From assembly GCA_963843835.1 (NCBI GenBank), contig CAWJMD010000001.1, forward strand, positions 938,295 through 1,002,294: a DNA stretch of 64,000 nucleotides, given 5' to 3'. A program made the position numbers and the translations under genes. This document shows, piece by piece, positions 9,659 to 18,194 of this stretch. Source of the DNA: an uncultured Actinomycetota bacterium (lineage in GTDB: Bacteria; Actinomycetota; Actinomycetes; Actinomycetales; CAWJMD01). The notes beneath the pieces are model-generated. The model saw only the letters and a list, made by a program, of their open reading frames with translations. It was not told the DNA's origin and did no database searches. Position 1 is the stretch's first letter, and each line of letters begins with the position of its first letter.

Positions 9659-10891
9659 GTGGACGCGGTGGCGATCGTCGAGGACGAGGTCCGCGAGCTG
9701 ATCCGCCGTCGTGGCGTCGACCCGACGCGCGACCCCGGTGGTGTCAGGCGCCTGGTCGAGGACGCCGTGGCCGACTACGACGACCGCTCGCTGTCCGGCG
9801 GGCTCCCACCGCTGCCCGATCCGGTGCACGCCGTGAAGTCGGTGCTCGACGCGGTCGCCGGGCTCGGCCCCCTGCAGGGCTACCTCGACGACCCGGACGT
9901 CGAGGAGATCTGGATCAACGAGCCGGGCAAGGTCTTCGTCGCCCGCCACGGGATCCCCGAGCTCACCACGACGATCCTCACCGCCGACCAGGTCCGCGAC
10001 CTCGTGGAGCGGATGCTGAAGTCGTCCGGACGGCGCGTGGACCTGTCGAGCCCGTTCGTGGACGCGATGCTGGGGGACGGCAGCCGCCTCCACGTCGTGA
10101 TCCCCGACATCACGCGCCAGCACTGGGCCGTCAACGTCCGCAAGTTCGTGGTCCACGCCGACCGGCTCGACGACCTGGTGCGGTTGGGGACGCTGACGGG
10201 TCAGGCGGCGGCGTTCCTCGACGCGGCCGTCCGGGCCGGCCTCAACGTGCTGGTCTCGGGCGGGACCCAGGCGGGAAAGACCACGCTGCTCAACTGCATG
10301 GGCGCGTCCATCCCGCCCCTGGAGCGCGTCGTCACGTGCGAGGAGGTCTTCGAGCTCAAGATCCCACTGCGCGACTGTGTCGGGCTCCAGTGCCGCCAGC
10401 CGAGCCTCGAGGGGACCGGCGAGATCCCGCTGCGGCGCCTGGTGAAGGAGGCGTTGCGGATGCGCCCCACCCGGCTGGTCGTCGGTGAGGTGCGTCAGGC
10501 CGAGAGCCTCGACCTGCTGATCGCGCTCAACTCCGGACTGCCCGGCATGGCCAGCATCCACGCCAACAGCGCCCGCGAGGCGATCACCAAGATGTGCACG
10601 CTGCCGCTGCTCGCCGGCGAGAACGTCGGCGCGCGCTTCGTGGTCCCCACGGTGGCGGGTTGCGTCGACCTCGTCGTCCACGTCGCCCTGGACGCCGACG
10701 GGCAGCGACGAGTCCGCGAGATCGTGGCCGTGCCCGGACGGGTGGAGGAGGACGTGGTCGAGACCACGGACGTGTTCACCGCGCGACACGGGCGCCTGGT
10801 GCGTGCGGACGGCTTCCCGCCCCACGTCGACCGCTTCGAGAGGGCCGGGATCGACCTGGCGGCCCTGCTGCGCCAGGAGTCCGGATGGTGA
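9659..10891 (+). CDS. tadA: CpaF/TadA pilus assembly ATPase
   Basis: GLGPLQ.YLDDPDVEEIWIN, SGGTQAGKTTLLN, CEEVFEL, EALRMRPTRLVVGEVR, SIHANS. Confidence 0.93.
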   Translation: MDAVAIVEDEVRELIRRRGVDPTRDPGGVRRLVEDAVADYDDRSLSGGLPPLPDPVHAVKSVLDAVAGLGPLQGYLDDPDVEEIWINEPGKVFVARHGIPELTTTILTADQVRDLVERMLKSSGRRVDLSSPFVDAMLGDGSRLHVVIPDITRQHWAVNVRKFVVHADRLDDLVRLGTLTGQAAAFLDAAVRAGLNVLVSGGTQAGKTTLLNCMGASIPPLERVVTCEEVFELKIPLRDCVGLQCRQPSLEGTGEIPLRRLVKEALRMRPTRLVVGEVRQAESLDLLIALNSGLPGMASIHANSAREAITKMCTLPLLAGENVGARFVVPTVAGCVDLVVHVALDADGQRRVREIVAVPGRVEEDVVETTDVFTARHGRLVRADGFPPHVDRFERAGIDLAALLRQESGW

Positions 10892-10898
10892 CGGCCTC

Positions 10899-11765
10899 GT
10901 GGGGGTGATCGCGGGGCTCGTGCTGGGCGCCGGGCTCTTCTGCATCTGGTGGTCGTTCTGGACTCCGGCCGACCCCGTGACCGAGGGAACGCGGTCCGCG
11001 TCGCTCGCCGACCGTCTCTCGGACGAGCTGCTGCAGGCCGGCATGGTCGCCGTGGGGCCGAGGGCTCTCGCAGCCGCCTGCACCATGGCGGCCCTGCTGG
11101 TCGGGCTCGTCGTGCTCGCGGTGTCGTCGTCCCCGCCGATCGCCTTCTGCTTCGCCGTGATCGGAGGGTGGGCGCCGTTCTCGCTCGTGCGGTTCCGGGC
11201 GCGGCAGCGCCGCAGCATGGTCCGCGATCTCTGGCCCGAGGCGGTCGACCACCTCACCTCCGGCATCAGGGCCGGGCTGTCGCTGCCCGAGGCCCTCACC
11301 CAGCTGGGGCAGCGTGGCCCGAAGGAGCTGCGGCCGGCGTTCGTGGCCTTCGCCGAGGACTACCGCGCCACAGGCCGTTTCGTCGAGTGCCTCGACCGCC
11401 TCAAGGCCCGCCTCGCCGACCCGGTGGCGGACCGCATCGTGGAGGCGCTGCGGCTGACCCGCGAGGTCGGTGGGAGCGACCTCGGACGGCTGCTGCGCAC
11501 CCTCTCGACCTTCTTGCGGGACGACGCGCGGACGCGTGCCGAGCTAGAGGCCCGGCAGAGCTGGACGGTCAACGCGGCACGCCTGGCCGTGGCCGCACCG
11601 TGGGTCGTCCTGGCGCTGCTGTCCACGCGACCCGAGGCAGTGTCGGCGTACAACCGTCCGGCCGGGGTCGTCGTCCTCGCAGTCGGAGCCGCAGCCTCGG
11701 TCGTCGCCTACCGCGTCATGGTGCGCATCGGGCGGCTGCCGGAGGAGAGCCGGGTGCTGCGGTGA
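10899..11765 (+). CDS. tadB: TadB-like (T2SS F-family) platform protein; start uncertain
   Basis: WPEAVDHLTSGIRAGLSLPEAL, REVGGSDLG; follows tadA. Confidence 0.88.
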   Translation: MGVIAGLVLGAGLFCIWWSFWTPADPVTEGTRSASLADRLSDELLQAGMVAVGPRALAAACTMAALLVGLVVLAVSSSPPIAFCFAVIGGWAPFSLVRFRARQRRSMVRDLWPEAVDHLTSGIRAGLSLPEALTQLGQRGPKELRPAFVAFAEDYRATGRFVECLDRLKARLADPVADRIVEALRLTREVGGSDLGRLLRTLSTFLRDDARTRAELEARQSWTVNAARLAVAAPWVVLALLSTRPEAVSAYNRPAGVVVLAVGAAASVVAYRVMVRIGRLPEESRVLR

Positions 11766-12706
11766 ACGGCGCCTCGCTGGGGTGGACGGGCGCCGGTATC
11801 GGGCTCGCGGCCGGGATGGGACTGTGGCTGGTCCTCCTCAGGTTGCCCGCGATGCGGCGACCGACCCTCGACCAGCGGCTCGCGCCGTACGTCCGCGACG
11901 TCGCACGTCCGTCGTCGCTCCTTGGCGAGACCAGTTCGGGCACACCGTTCGTCATCATCGAGCGCATACTCGGCCCGGTGATGGCGGATGCCGTCCACTG
12001 GGTGGAGCGGCTCTCCGGAGGTCCGGGTACGGTGCGTCGGCGCCTCGACCAGCTGGGCCGCTCGATGACCGTGGAGCAGTTCCGCGCGCAGCAGGTGGTG
12101 TGGGGGGTGCTGGGCCTCGGTGCGGGCCTCGTCGGTGCTCTGGTGGTCGGAGCACGGCAGGGCCTGTCGCTCGTCCCGATGCTCGCGATGGTCGTGGCCG
12201 GTGGGGTGGGTGGCGTGCTCGGTCGCGACCACGCGCTGAGCCGTGCGGTCCGCGGTCGCGAGGAGCGGATCCTCACCGAGTTCCCCACCGTGGCAGAGCT
12301 GTTGGCGCTGTCCGTGAGTGCCGGAGAGGGCGCGGTCGGGGCCTTGGAGCGGGTGGCGCGGACGACGACCGGCGAGCTGTCGATCGAGCTGCGCCGCACC
12401 CTGGCCGACGCGCGCGCGGGTGCCACGCTCGTCGAGGCCCTGGAGGGCATGGCTTCCCGGACGAGCCTGCCGATCCTCGCGCGGTTCGTGGACGGCATCG
12501 CCGTGGCGCTCGAACGTGGCACCCCGCTGGCCGACGTCCTGCGAGCCCAGGCGCAGGACGTGCGCGAGGCGGGGCGGCGGCAGCTGATGGAGACCGGGGG
12601 CAAGAAGGAGATCGGGATGATGGTCCCCGTCGTCTTCCTCGTCCTGCCCGTGACCGTGGTGTTCGCCGTGTACCCGGGGTTCGCCGTGCTGAGCCTCGAC
12701 CTGTGA
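11762..12706 (+). CDS. tadC: TadC-like (T2SS F-family) platform protein
   Basis: GTGA overlap with tadB stop; EFPTVAELLALSVSAGEG, ERGTPLADVLRAQA, MMVPVVFLVLP. Confidence 0.88.
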   Translation: MNGASLGWTGAGIGLAAGMGLWLVLLRLPAMRRPTLDQRLAPYVRDVARPSSLLGETSSGTPFVIIERILGPVMADAVHWVERLSGGPGTVRRRLDQLGRSMTVEQFRAQQVVWGVLGLGAGLVGALVVGARQGLSLVPMLAMVVAGGVGGVLGRDHALSRAVRGREERILTEFPTVAELLALSVSAGEGAVGALERVARTTTGELSIELRRTLADARAGATLVEALEGMASRTSLPILARFVDGIAVALERGTPLADVLRAQAQDVREAGRRQLMETGGKKEIGMMVPVVFLVLPVTVVFAVYPGFAVLSLDL

Positions 12707-12758
12707 GGCAGAACGACCGACGTCACCACGGGGTGACCAGACGAGGGGATGTGGACGG

Positions 12759-12947
12759 ATGAGCGCGGTGCGGGCGGTGCGCAGTCGCTGGGTGCGGGCC
12801 ATGGAGGGCGACGACCGGGGGGACGTGCCGGGCTGGGTGATGGTGACCCTGATGACCGCCGGTCTGGTGCTCGGGCTCTGGGCGGTCGCGGGGGACCAGC
12901 TGGAGCGGGTCTTCAGTGAGGCCATGACGCGGATCCTGAACTTCTGA
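12759..12947 (+). CDS. Flp-like small pilin
   Basis: 62 aa; DDRG|DVPGWV followed by one hydrophobic helix; position in tad operon. Confidence 0.75.
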   Translation: MSAVRAVRSRWVRAMEGDDRGDVPGWVMVTLMTAGLVLGLWAVAGDQLERVFSEAMTRILNF

Positions 12948-13312
12948 ACCGCGACAGGGGTTCCGCCGTGGTCGACTTCGTCGCGGTCTCGACCTTGCTG
13001 ACCCTGGTCTTCCTCGGTGTGATCCAGCTGACGCTGGTCCTCCACGTGGGCAACACGCTGGTGGACTGCGCGTCGGAGGGTGCTCGGTACGGAGGGCTGG
13101 CCGACCGCACACCGGCCGATGGGGTCGCGCGGGCCCGTGAGCTGATCCGCATGTCGCTGTCCGCGCGTTACGCCGAGGACGTCACCGCGACGACGCGCAC
13201 CGTCGACGGCGTCGTCGTGGTCGAGGTGCGGGTCGACGCGCCCCTGCCCGCGATCGGGCTGCTGGGGCCGGCGCGGTCCGTCGTCGTCACCGGGCACGGG
13301 GTGCAGGAGTGA
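12944..13312 (+). CDS. TadE-like pseudopilin (probable CTG start at 12944; first canonical GTG at 12968)
   Basis: NRDRG|SAVVDF prepilin leader; ASEGARYG TadE motif. Confidence 0.8.
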   Translation: MNRDRGSAVVDFVAVSTLLTLVFLGVIQLTLVLHVGNTLVDCASEGARYGGLADRTPADGVARARELIRMSLSARYAEDVTATTRTVDGVVVVEVRVDAPLPAIGLLGPARSVVVTGHGVQE

Positions 13313-13761
13313 GGGCTCCGGGCGGGGACGACCGAGGTTCCGCCGTGGTCGAGTTCGTCACCCTCGGTGTGCTGCTGCTGGTGCCGGTCGTCTACTTCGT
13401 GCTCGTGATGGGGCGGCTGCAGGCGGGGGCCTTCGCGGTGGAAGCCGCGTCGCGAGAGGGAGCGCGCGTCGTCGCGGCGGCCGAGGACGACAAAGCCGGA
13501 GCCGACCGGCTGGCCGCCGTCGTCGAGCTGGCGCTGAGGGACCAGGGCTTCGCGCGGGAGGGCGACCCCGCACCCGAGGTGACGGTGACCTGCGAGAGCG
13601 ACCCGTGCCTGACCCCCGACTCGGCGGTGACCGTGCTCGTCGAGGTCGACGTCGTGCTGCCGGGTGTTCCGGCGTTCGTGGACGCGGTGATCCCGGCGCG
13701 GGTGCCGGTGCGCGCCGATGCGGTGGCCGTGGTGGACCGCTACGCGGGGGCTGCGCCGTGA
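13309..13761 (+). CDS. TadE-like pseudopilin
   Basis: DDRG|SAVVEF leader with E+5; AASREGAR motif; GTGA coupling. Confidence 0.85.
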   Translation: MRAPGGDDRGSAVVEFVTLGVLLLVPVVYFVLVMGRLQAGAFAVEAASREGARVVAAAEDDKAGADRLAAVVELALRDQGFAREGDPAPEVTVTCESDPCLTPDSAVTVLVEVDVVLPGVPAFVDAVIPARVPVRADAVAVVDRYAGAAP

Positions 13762-14249
13762 GGACGTTCGTCGTCGTCGTCGGCCGGTGGTGGCGGGCGG
13801 TTCGGGGAGGCGACGACGACGGCCAGATCCTGCTGCTGATCCTCTTCTACGCCGTGATCGCGTTCTCGCTCGCGGCGGTGGTGGTGAGCGCCTCGGCGGT
13901 GCACCTCGAGCGCAAGCGCCTGCTGGAGGTGGCCGACGGCGCGGCGCTGGACGCCGCCGACGCCGTCGACCCCGGTGGGTACTTCAACGATGGCGTACGC
14001 CCCGGCTCGGTGCCGCTCTCGGATCGTTCCGTGCGGGCCAGCGTCGACGACTACCTGGCGGACCGCGGCGCGTTCACCGACTTCGACCGGCTCGTCGTCG
14101 GCTCGCAGACCGGGACCAGGGACGGACGCACCGCCGAGGTGACGCTGTACGCGACGGTCGAGCCGCCGCTGGTGGGGTGGGCGCTCGAGGCCTTCTCCGG
14201 AGGCATCACCCTGCACGCGACAGGGTCGGCGAGGGTGGACGCGCGCTAG
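13758..14249 (+). CDS. TadG-related pilus assembly protein
   Basis: DDG|QILLL leader; RKRLLEVADGAALDAA motif; GTGA coupling. Confidence 0.82.
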   Translation: MRTFVVVVGRWWRAVRGGDDDGQILLLILFYAVIAFSLAAVVVSASAVHLERKRLLEVADGAALDAADAVDPGGYFNDGVRPGSVPLSDRSVRASVDDYLADRGAFTDFDRLVVGSQTGTRDGRTAEVTLYATVEPPLVGWALEAFSGGITLHATGSARVDAR

Positions 14250-14332
14250 TCGCCGAGACACCCGTTCTAAGGTGTTCCGACACAGTTGTTCGGGTAGGGC
14301 CCGTGTGCCCCACCCGCACGAGAGGGGGGCAT

Positions 14333-14884
14333 GTGGTCTCGTTCATGCCGTCCGGCTCCAAGGCCGTCCCACCAAACCGCGACGGCCGGCCGGAGGGCGA
14401 CGGCCCGCGCCCCGGCTGCTGGGCGTTCGCGGCGTGGGTCGTGCTCGGCGGCGCCGTCCCGGTCCTGATCGCGATCGCCGCCATCGCCGACTCCCCGGCC
14501 ACCGCCGTCGCCTCCTCGGCCGTCGCCGTGGTCTGGGCCCTGGTCAACACCTCGTGGGTCGGCAGGCGCACGGTCACGCAGCCAGCGGTCCGCGGCCTGC
14601 TCGGCATCCTCGTGGTGGTGTACCTGCTCTACGCCTTCGTGGCCGGGCTGTGGCTCCAGTACCCCGCGCTGCACGGCACCGTCGTGTCTCGAGGCCGCGA
14701 CACGTCCCTCGACTTCGGGGACGCGCGGTACTCGCCGCTCCTCGACCTCGCCCGGGGTCTAGGCGTCCTCGCGTTCGGACTCGCCGTCGCCGGACCCGCC
14801 GCGGCGTACGTCGTCGCCCGCCTCATCCGCCGGGTCTCCGGAGCCCACGACGAGCAGGCCCCGGTCCGGGGCCGTGGGCAGTAG
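14333..14884 (+). CDS. Hypothetical membrane protein (about 4 TM), paralogue A
   Basis: Hydrophobic helices; LDFG..R.SPL.D motif shared with the next gene; start GTG 14333 or ATG 14345. Confidence 0.65.
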   Translation: MVSFMPSGSKAVPPNRDGRPEGDGPRPGCWAFAAWVVLGGAVPVLIAIAAIADSPATAVASSAVAVVWALVNTSWVGRRTVTQPAVRGLLGILVVVYLLYAFVAGLWLQYPALHGTVVSRGRDTSLDFGDARYSPLLDLARGLGVLAFGLAVAGPAAAYVVARLIRRVSGAHDEQAPVRGRGQ

Positions 14885-15479
14885 GCACGCCGTGTACACC
14901 GACTCCCCCTACGCGGACAAGTACGCCGACCCGCACTACGAGGGCCCGGTGACATGGCTCCTCTTCGGAGGCTGGTTCCTGCTGATGGTCGGCGGCCCGG
15001 GCACCGTCGCGGTCGGAGCGGCCCGCGACGACGCACGGCTCGCCCTACTCGGCTCCGTGATCTCGGTCCTCTGGGCCCTGAGCAACGCCGTGTTCGTCTA
15101 CCGCAAGGTCCGCTCCGAGGCCGACCGGTACGACGCGGCGATGAGCTTCCTCACGTGGGTCGGCTCGACCTTTTGTGTGTTCCTCGTGCTCAACATCCCC
15201 ATGTTCCACGAACAAGTGATCACCCGCCACCCCCACAGCCCACGCCGACTCGACTTCGGGATGGACCGTCACAGCCCGCTCATCGACACGGCCACCGCGA
15301 TCGGCTGGGCCGCCTTCGGGATCCACATCATCGGCATGGTGGTGGTGTGGACGATCGCGAAGGTGCTGTGGCGACGGGAGAAGAGGCGACGGCGAGGCGA
15401 TCTCCACCGCGGTGGAGCTGGCACTGACGGACCAGGGGCCGCGCGAGATACGGCGCCCCCTCTCCGGGATGCGACCTGA
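14874..15479 (+). CDS. Hypothetical membrane protein (about 4 TM), paralogue B
   Basis: WALSNAVFVYRK and LDFGMDRHSPLID match paralogue A. Confidence 0.65.
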   Translation: MGSRHAVYTDSPYADKYADPHYEGPVTWLLFGGWFLLMVGGPGTVAVGAARDDARLALLGSVISVLWALSNAVFVYRKVRSEADRYDAAMSFLTWVGSTFCVFLVLNIPMFHEQVITRHPHSPRRLDFGMDRHSPLIDTATAIGWAAFGIHIIGMVVVWTIAKVLWRREKRRRRGDLHRGGAGTDGPGAARDTAPPLRDAT

Positions 15480-15503
15480 GCTGCGAAGCCGACCTCCCGC
15501 GGC

Positions 15504-15647
15504 GACTTCGAGCGCCTCGTAGTGGGGTCTGTGATCGGAACCAGTCACGGCTGGACCGCCGAGTGACGCTCCACTCGACCGTCCAGCCACCGCTGGTGGG
15601 GTGGGCACTCGAGGCGTGCTCCGCATGCATCACGCTACGTGCGACGG
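15504..15647 (+). pseudogene. Degenerate duplicate of the tadG-like 3' region (14079-14224)
   Basis: DFERLVVGSVIGTSHGWTAE/VTLHSTVQPPLVGWALEACSACITLRAT versus DFDRLVVGSQTGTRDGRTAEVTLYATVEPPLVGWALEAFSGGITLHAT, with a 1-nt indel. Confidence 0.85.
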
Positions 15648-15877
15648 ATGGGCCAGAGTGGATGCTCGCTGGGGACACCGCTCATCTGCCGCAGGGGCAT
15701 GTTGTGGTCAATAGTGGCGTCCCGCGACTCTCTCACCTCTTTGTGGCGTTGTGCCATATAGGTCGAAAGTCACTGAGAGGCAGCATGATTCACGTTGAGT
15801 GAGAGCGTGGACCTACCCATTCACTGTGCTCTACAGTCCTGCGGAATCGAATGGCTCAACGCACGTACGGGGGAATC

Positions 15878-17062
15878 ATGACGCGAACTCGAGTCGTACT
15901 TCTTTCAGCCGTGGCTCTTCTTGTCGGCTCCGTCGCAGCCCCAGCTTCCGCCGCGCCACCAGGAATTGTGTGCGGTCAGGTGATCACGCAGGACGTCGTT
16001 CTCAAGCACGACCTGACGTGTTCCGGTGACGGTCTGATCGTGGGCGCGTCCGGCGTGACGATCGATCTCCGAGGGCACACGCTGTCCGGCACCGGGGCAG
16101 GGACGGGCATTCGCATCAACTGGCTCTCTGGCGTGCCCAATGCCGCCGTGAACGACACCGTCATCAAGCGCGGAACCATCGCCGGCTTCGGCACGGGCGT
16201 CTACCTGCATCTGGCCAACGGTGCCCGACTCGAGCGTGTCGATGTCGTGGACTGTGGATACGCCGGAGTGTTCATACCTCAGTTGCGTGCGTGGCAAGTG
16301 GATGGTCCCCGGTTGCCCTACGAGTTCCTGTCATCGTCGTTCAGCGATAACGGCCTTGGGATCGAGGCCTTCGACGCAGATGACGTGAGGGTTGAGCGAA
16401 GTCGATTCGAACGCAACACGCGAGGGATATCTGCCTACTCCAACGCCAACAACTGGCAGATTCGGGATAGCCGGTTTACGGACAACGACCTCGGAGCCAT
16501 CTACAGCACGGAGAACAGTTCCTGGACCATCGAGCGCAACATGCTCCGGGACAACGGCGCGGTGGGGCTCTACCTATTCGCTGGGCCTGTTGTCCACCTC
16601 GTCAGAGACAACATCATCTCAGGGCACCACGTGGGCATCGACGTCGTCACCCCTTGGCGGGGTAACGAAGTTGCCGGTAATCGCATCAAGGACAACGGCG
16701 TTGGCCTGCGTGTCAGGCACGTTGTCGATGGCGGACTACTGCTACACGACAACGTCTTCGCCTCGAACGGCGCGGCTGGGGCTCTCATTGATCTGAGCTT
16801 TGCACGACAACCCGTCGAGATCAGCAACAACCGCTTCGACAAGAACGGCTACTCACCAGGTAGCTTCGTCGCCCCGGACGGAAGCCCACTCGACGACGGA
16901 CTCCACGTCCGCGCTCCCGCTTCGGTCACTGTTCTCGTGTCAGACAACTCAGCCACGCGCAACGCCGACTTGGGCCTCGAAGCGCCGACGGCAACGGACG
17001 GTGGGGGCAACTCCGGTCGGTGGAACGGCAACCCGGCTCAGTGCGTCGGGGTCATCTGCTGA
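15878..17062 (+). CDS. Secreted right-handed parallel beta-helix repeat protein (NosD/pectin-lyase-like fold)
   Basis: Signal peptide; CGQVITQDVVLKHDLTCSGDGL..GVTIDLRGHTL; repeated I..N...DN..G units; DGGGN...NGNPAQCVGVIC C-terminus. Confidence 0.82.
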   Translation: MTRTRVVLLSAVALLVGSVAAPASAAPPGIVCGQVITQDVVLKHDLTCSGDGLIVGASGVTIDLRGHTLSGTGAGTGIRINWLSGVPNAAVNDTVIKRGTIAGFGTGVYLHLANGARLERVDVVDCGYAGVFIPQLRAWQVDGPRLPYEFLSSSFSDNGLGIEAFDADDVRVERSRFERNTRGISAYSNANNWQIRDSRFTDNDLGAIYSTENSSWTIERNMLRDNGAVGLYLFAGPVVHLVRDNIISGHHVGIDVVTPWRGNEVAGNRIKDNGVGLRVRHVVDGGLLLHDNVFASNGAAGALIDLSFARQPVEISNNRFDKNGYSPGSFVAPDGSPLDDGLHVRAPASVTVLVSDNSATRNADLGLEAPTATDGGGNSGRWNGNPAQCVGVIC

Positions 17063-17129
17063 CGGTCCGGCATCGGGGGCCGTCGGGGCAGAGCACAGAA
17101 GGTGGCGAGCCAGTCCGGCCGCGAACCGG

Positions 17130-17543
17130 TCAGCCGGCCGACGCCAGCTCCTCGCCGATCTCGCAGAGCTTCGCTCCGCCGGTCATCTCACTCAGCCGCT
17201 TCTTGAGGTCCGCAGTGCGCTGCTCGGCCTCTCGGACGAGCCTGTCAGCGACCACGGCCCAGTCCTCGGGCTGGGCGTCCTCGGGGACGTCCGCCAGAGC
17301 CTCGGCGATCTCGCGGACGGTGAGCCCGATGCGCTGCGCCAGCCGTGCGACCTGGAGACGGCAGGCCGCATCCTCGTGGAAGATCCGCTGGTTCCCCGGC
17401 CCTCGGACTGCGTGGATCACGCCGTACTTGTCGTAGAACCGCACCGCTGACGGTGCGACGCCCGCCGCGGCAGCGACCTGCCCGACGGTGAGGGTGCCGG
17501 ACTCAGTGTCCACGTGTGAGCCGCGCTGCGTGGCAGTGGTCAT
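17130..17543 (-). CDS. MerR-family (SoxR-like HTH) regulator
   Basis: LTVGQVAAAAGVAPSAVRFYD..G.I...R..GNQR; AQRIGLTVREI. Confidence 0.88.
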   Translation of the reverse strand: MTTATQRGSHVDTESGTLTVGQVAAAAGVAPSAVRFYDKYGVIHAVRGPGNQRIFHEDAACRLQVARLAQRIGLTVREIAEALADVPEDAQPEDWAVVADRLVREAEQRTADLKKRLSEMTGGAKLCEIGEELASAG

Positions 17544-17568
17544 GGCTGGATCCTGCCCGCTCCTCGGC

Positions 17569-17599
17569 TTGACCTCAACATTTGTTCAACCCTCAGGGT
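17569..17599 (+). promoter_or_regulatory. MerR-type promoter with 19-bp spacer and dyad operator
   Basis: TTGACC (17569) - 19 bp containing TCAACA-TT-TGTTCA - CAGGGT (17594), then 7 nt to ATG 17607. Confidence 0.75.
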
Positions 17600-17606
17600 C
17601 CTTGGC

Positions 17607-18194
17607 ATGACCACTTCTCACAACGTCCGTGCCCCACAGACATCACCGCGCACCCTGGTCCTCGTCGCGAGCGTGCGGAAGGCCCGCCTCGGCAACCTGA
17701 TCGGGGACTGGGTCGCGGACCTGGCGCGGACGAAGGGGCCTGTCGACGTCGTCGACCTCGCGACCGTGGAACTCCCCGACGACGCGCTGCTCGAGCCGGG
17801 CGGCGGGCCGCTCACCCCCCTGACGGGGCGGATTGCGGCCGCCGACGCGTTCGTGGTCGTCACCCCCGAGTACAACCACAGCTACCCGGCCGGGCTCAAG
17901 CGCGCCATCGACTGGCACTTCCACGAGTGGAGGGCCAAGGCCGCGACCGTCGTGTCCTACGGCGTCAACGGAGGACTCCTGGCCACCGAGCACCTGCGGG
18001 GCGTCTTCGCCGAGCTCAACGTCGTGACGACCCGCCGGGCCGTCGGTCTCCGCACGCCGTGGCTCGATGTCGACGAGGGAGCCTTCCAGCCCCCGGACGG
18101 GAGCGCCGCAGCCGTCGACGCGGCGCTCGACGAGCTGGCGTGGTGGGCCACGACCCTCCGCGAGGCGCGTGCCGCACGTCCCTTCCCGGCGTGA
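17607..18194 (+). CDS. NADPH-dependent FMN reductase
   Basis: ASVRKARLG, VVVTPEYNHSYPAGLKRAIDW, VSYG...G. Confidence 0.9.
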   Translation: MTTSHNVRAPQTSPRTLVLVASVRKARLGNLIGDWVADLARTKGPVDVVDLATVELPDDALLEPGGGPLTPLTGRIAAADAFVVVTPEYNHSYPAGLKRAIDWHFHEWRAKAATVVSYGVNGGLLATEHLRGVFAELNVVTTRRAVGLRTPWLDVDEGAFQPPDGSAAAVDAALDELAWWATTLREARAARPFPA

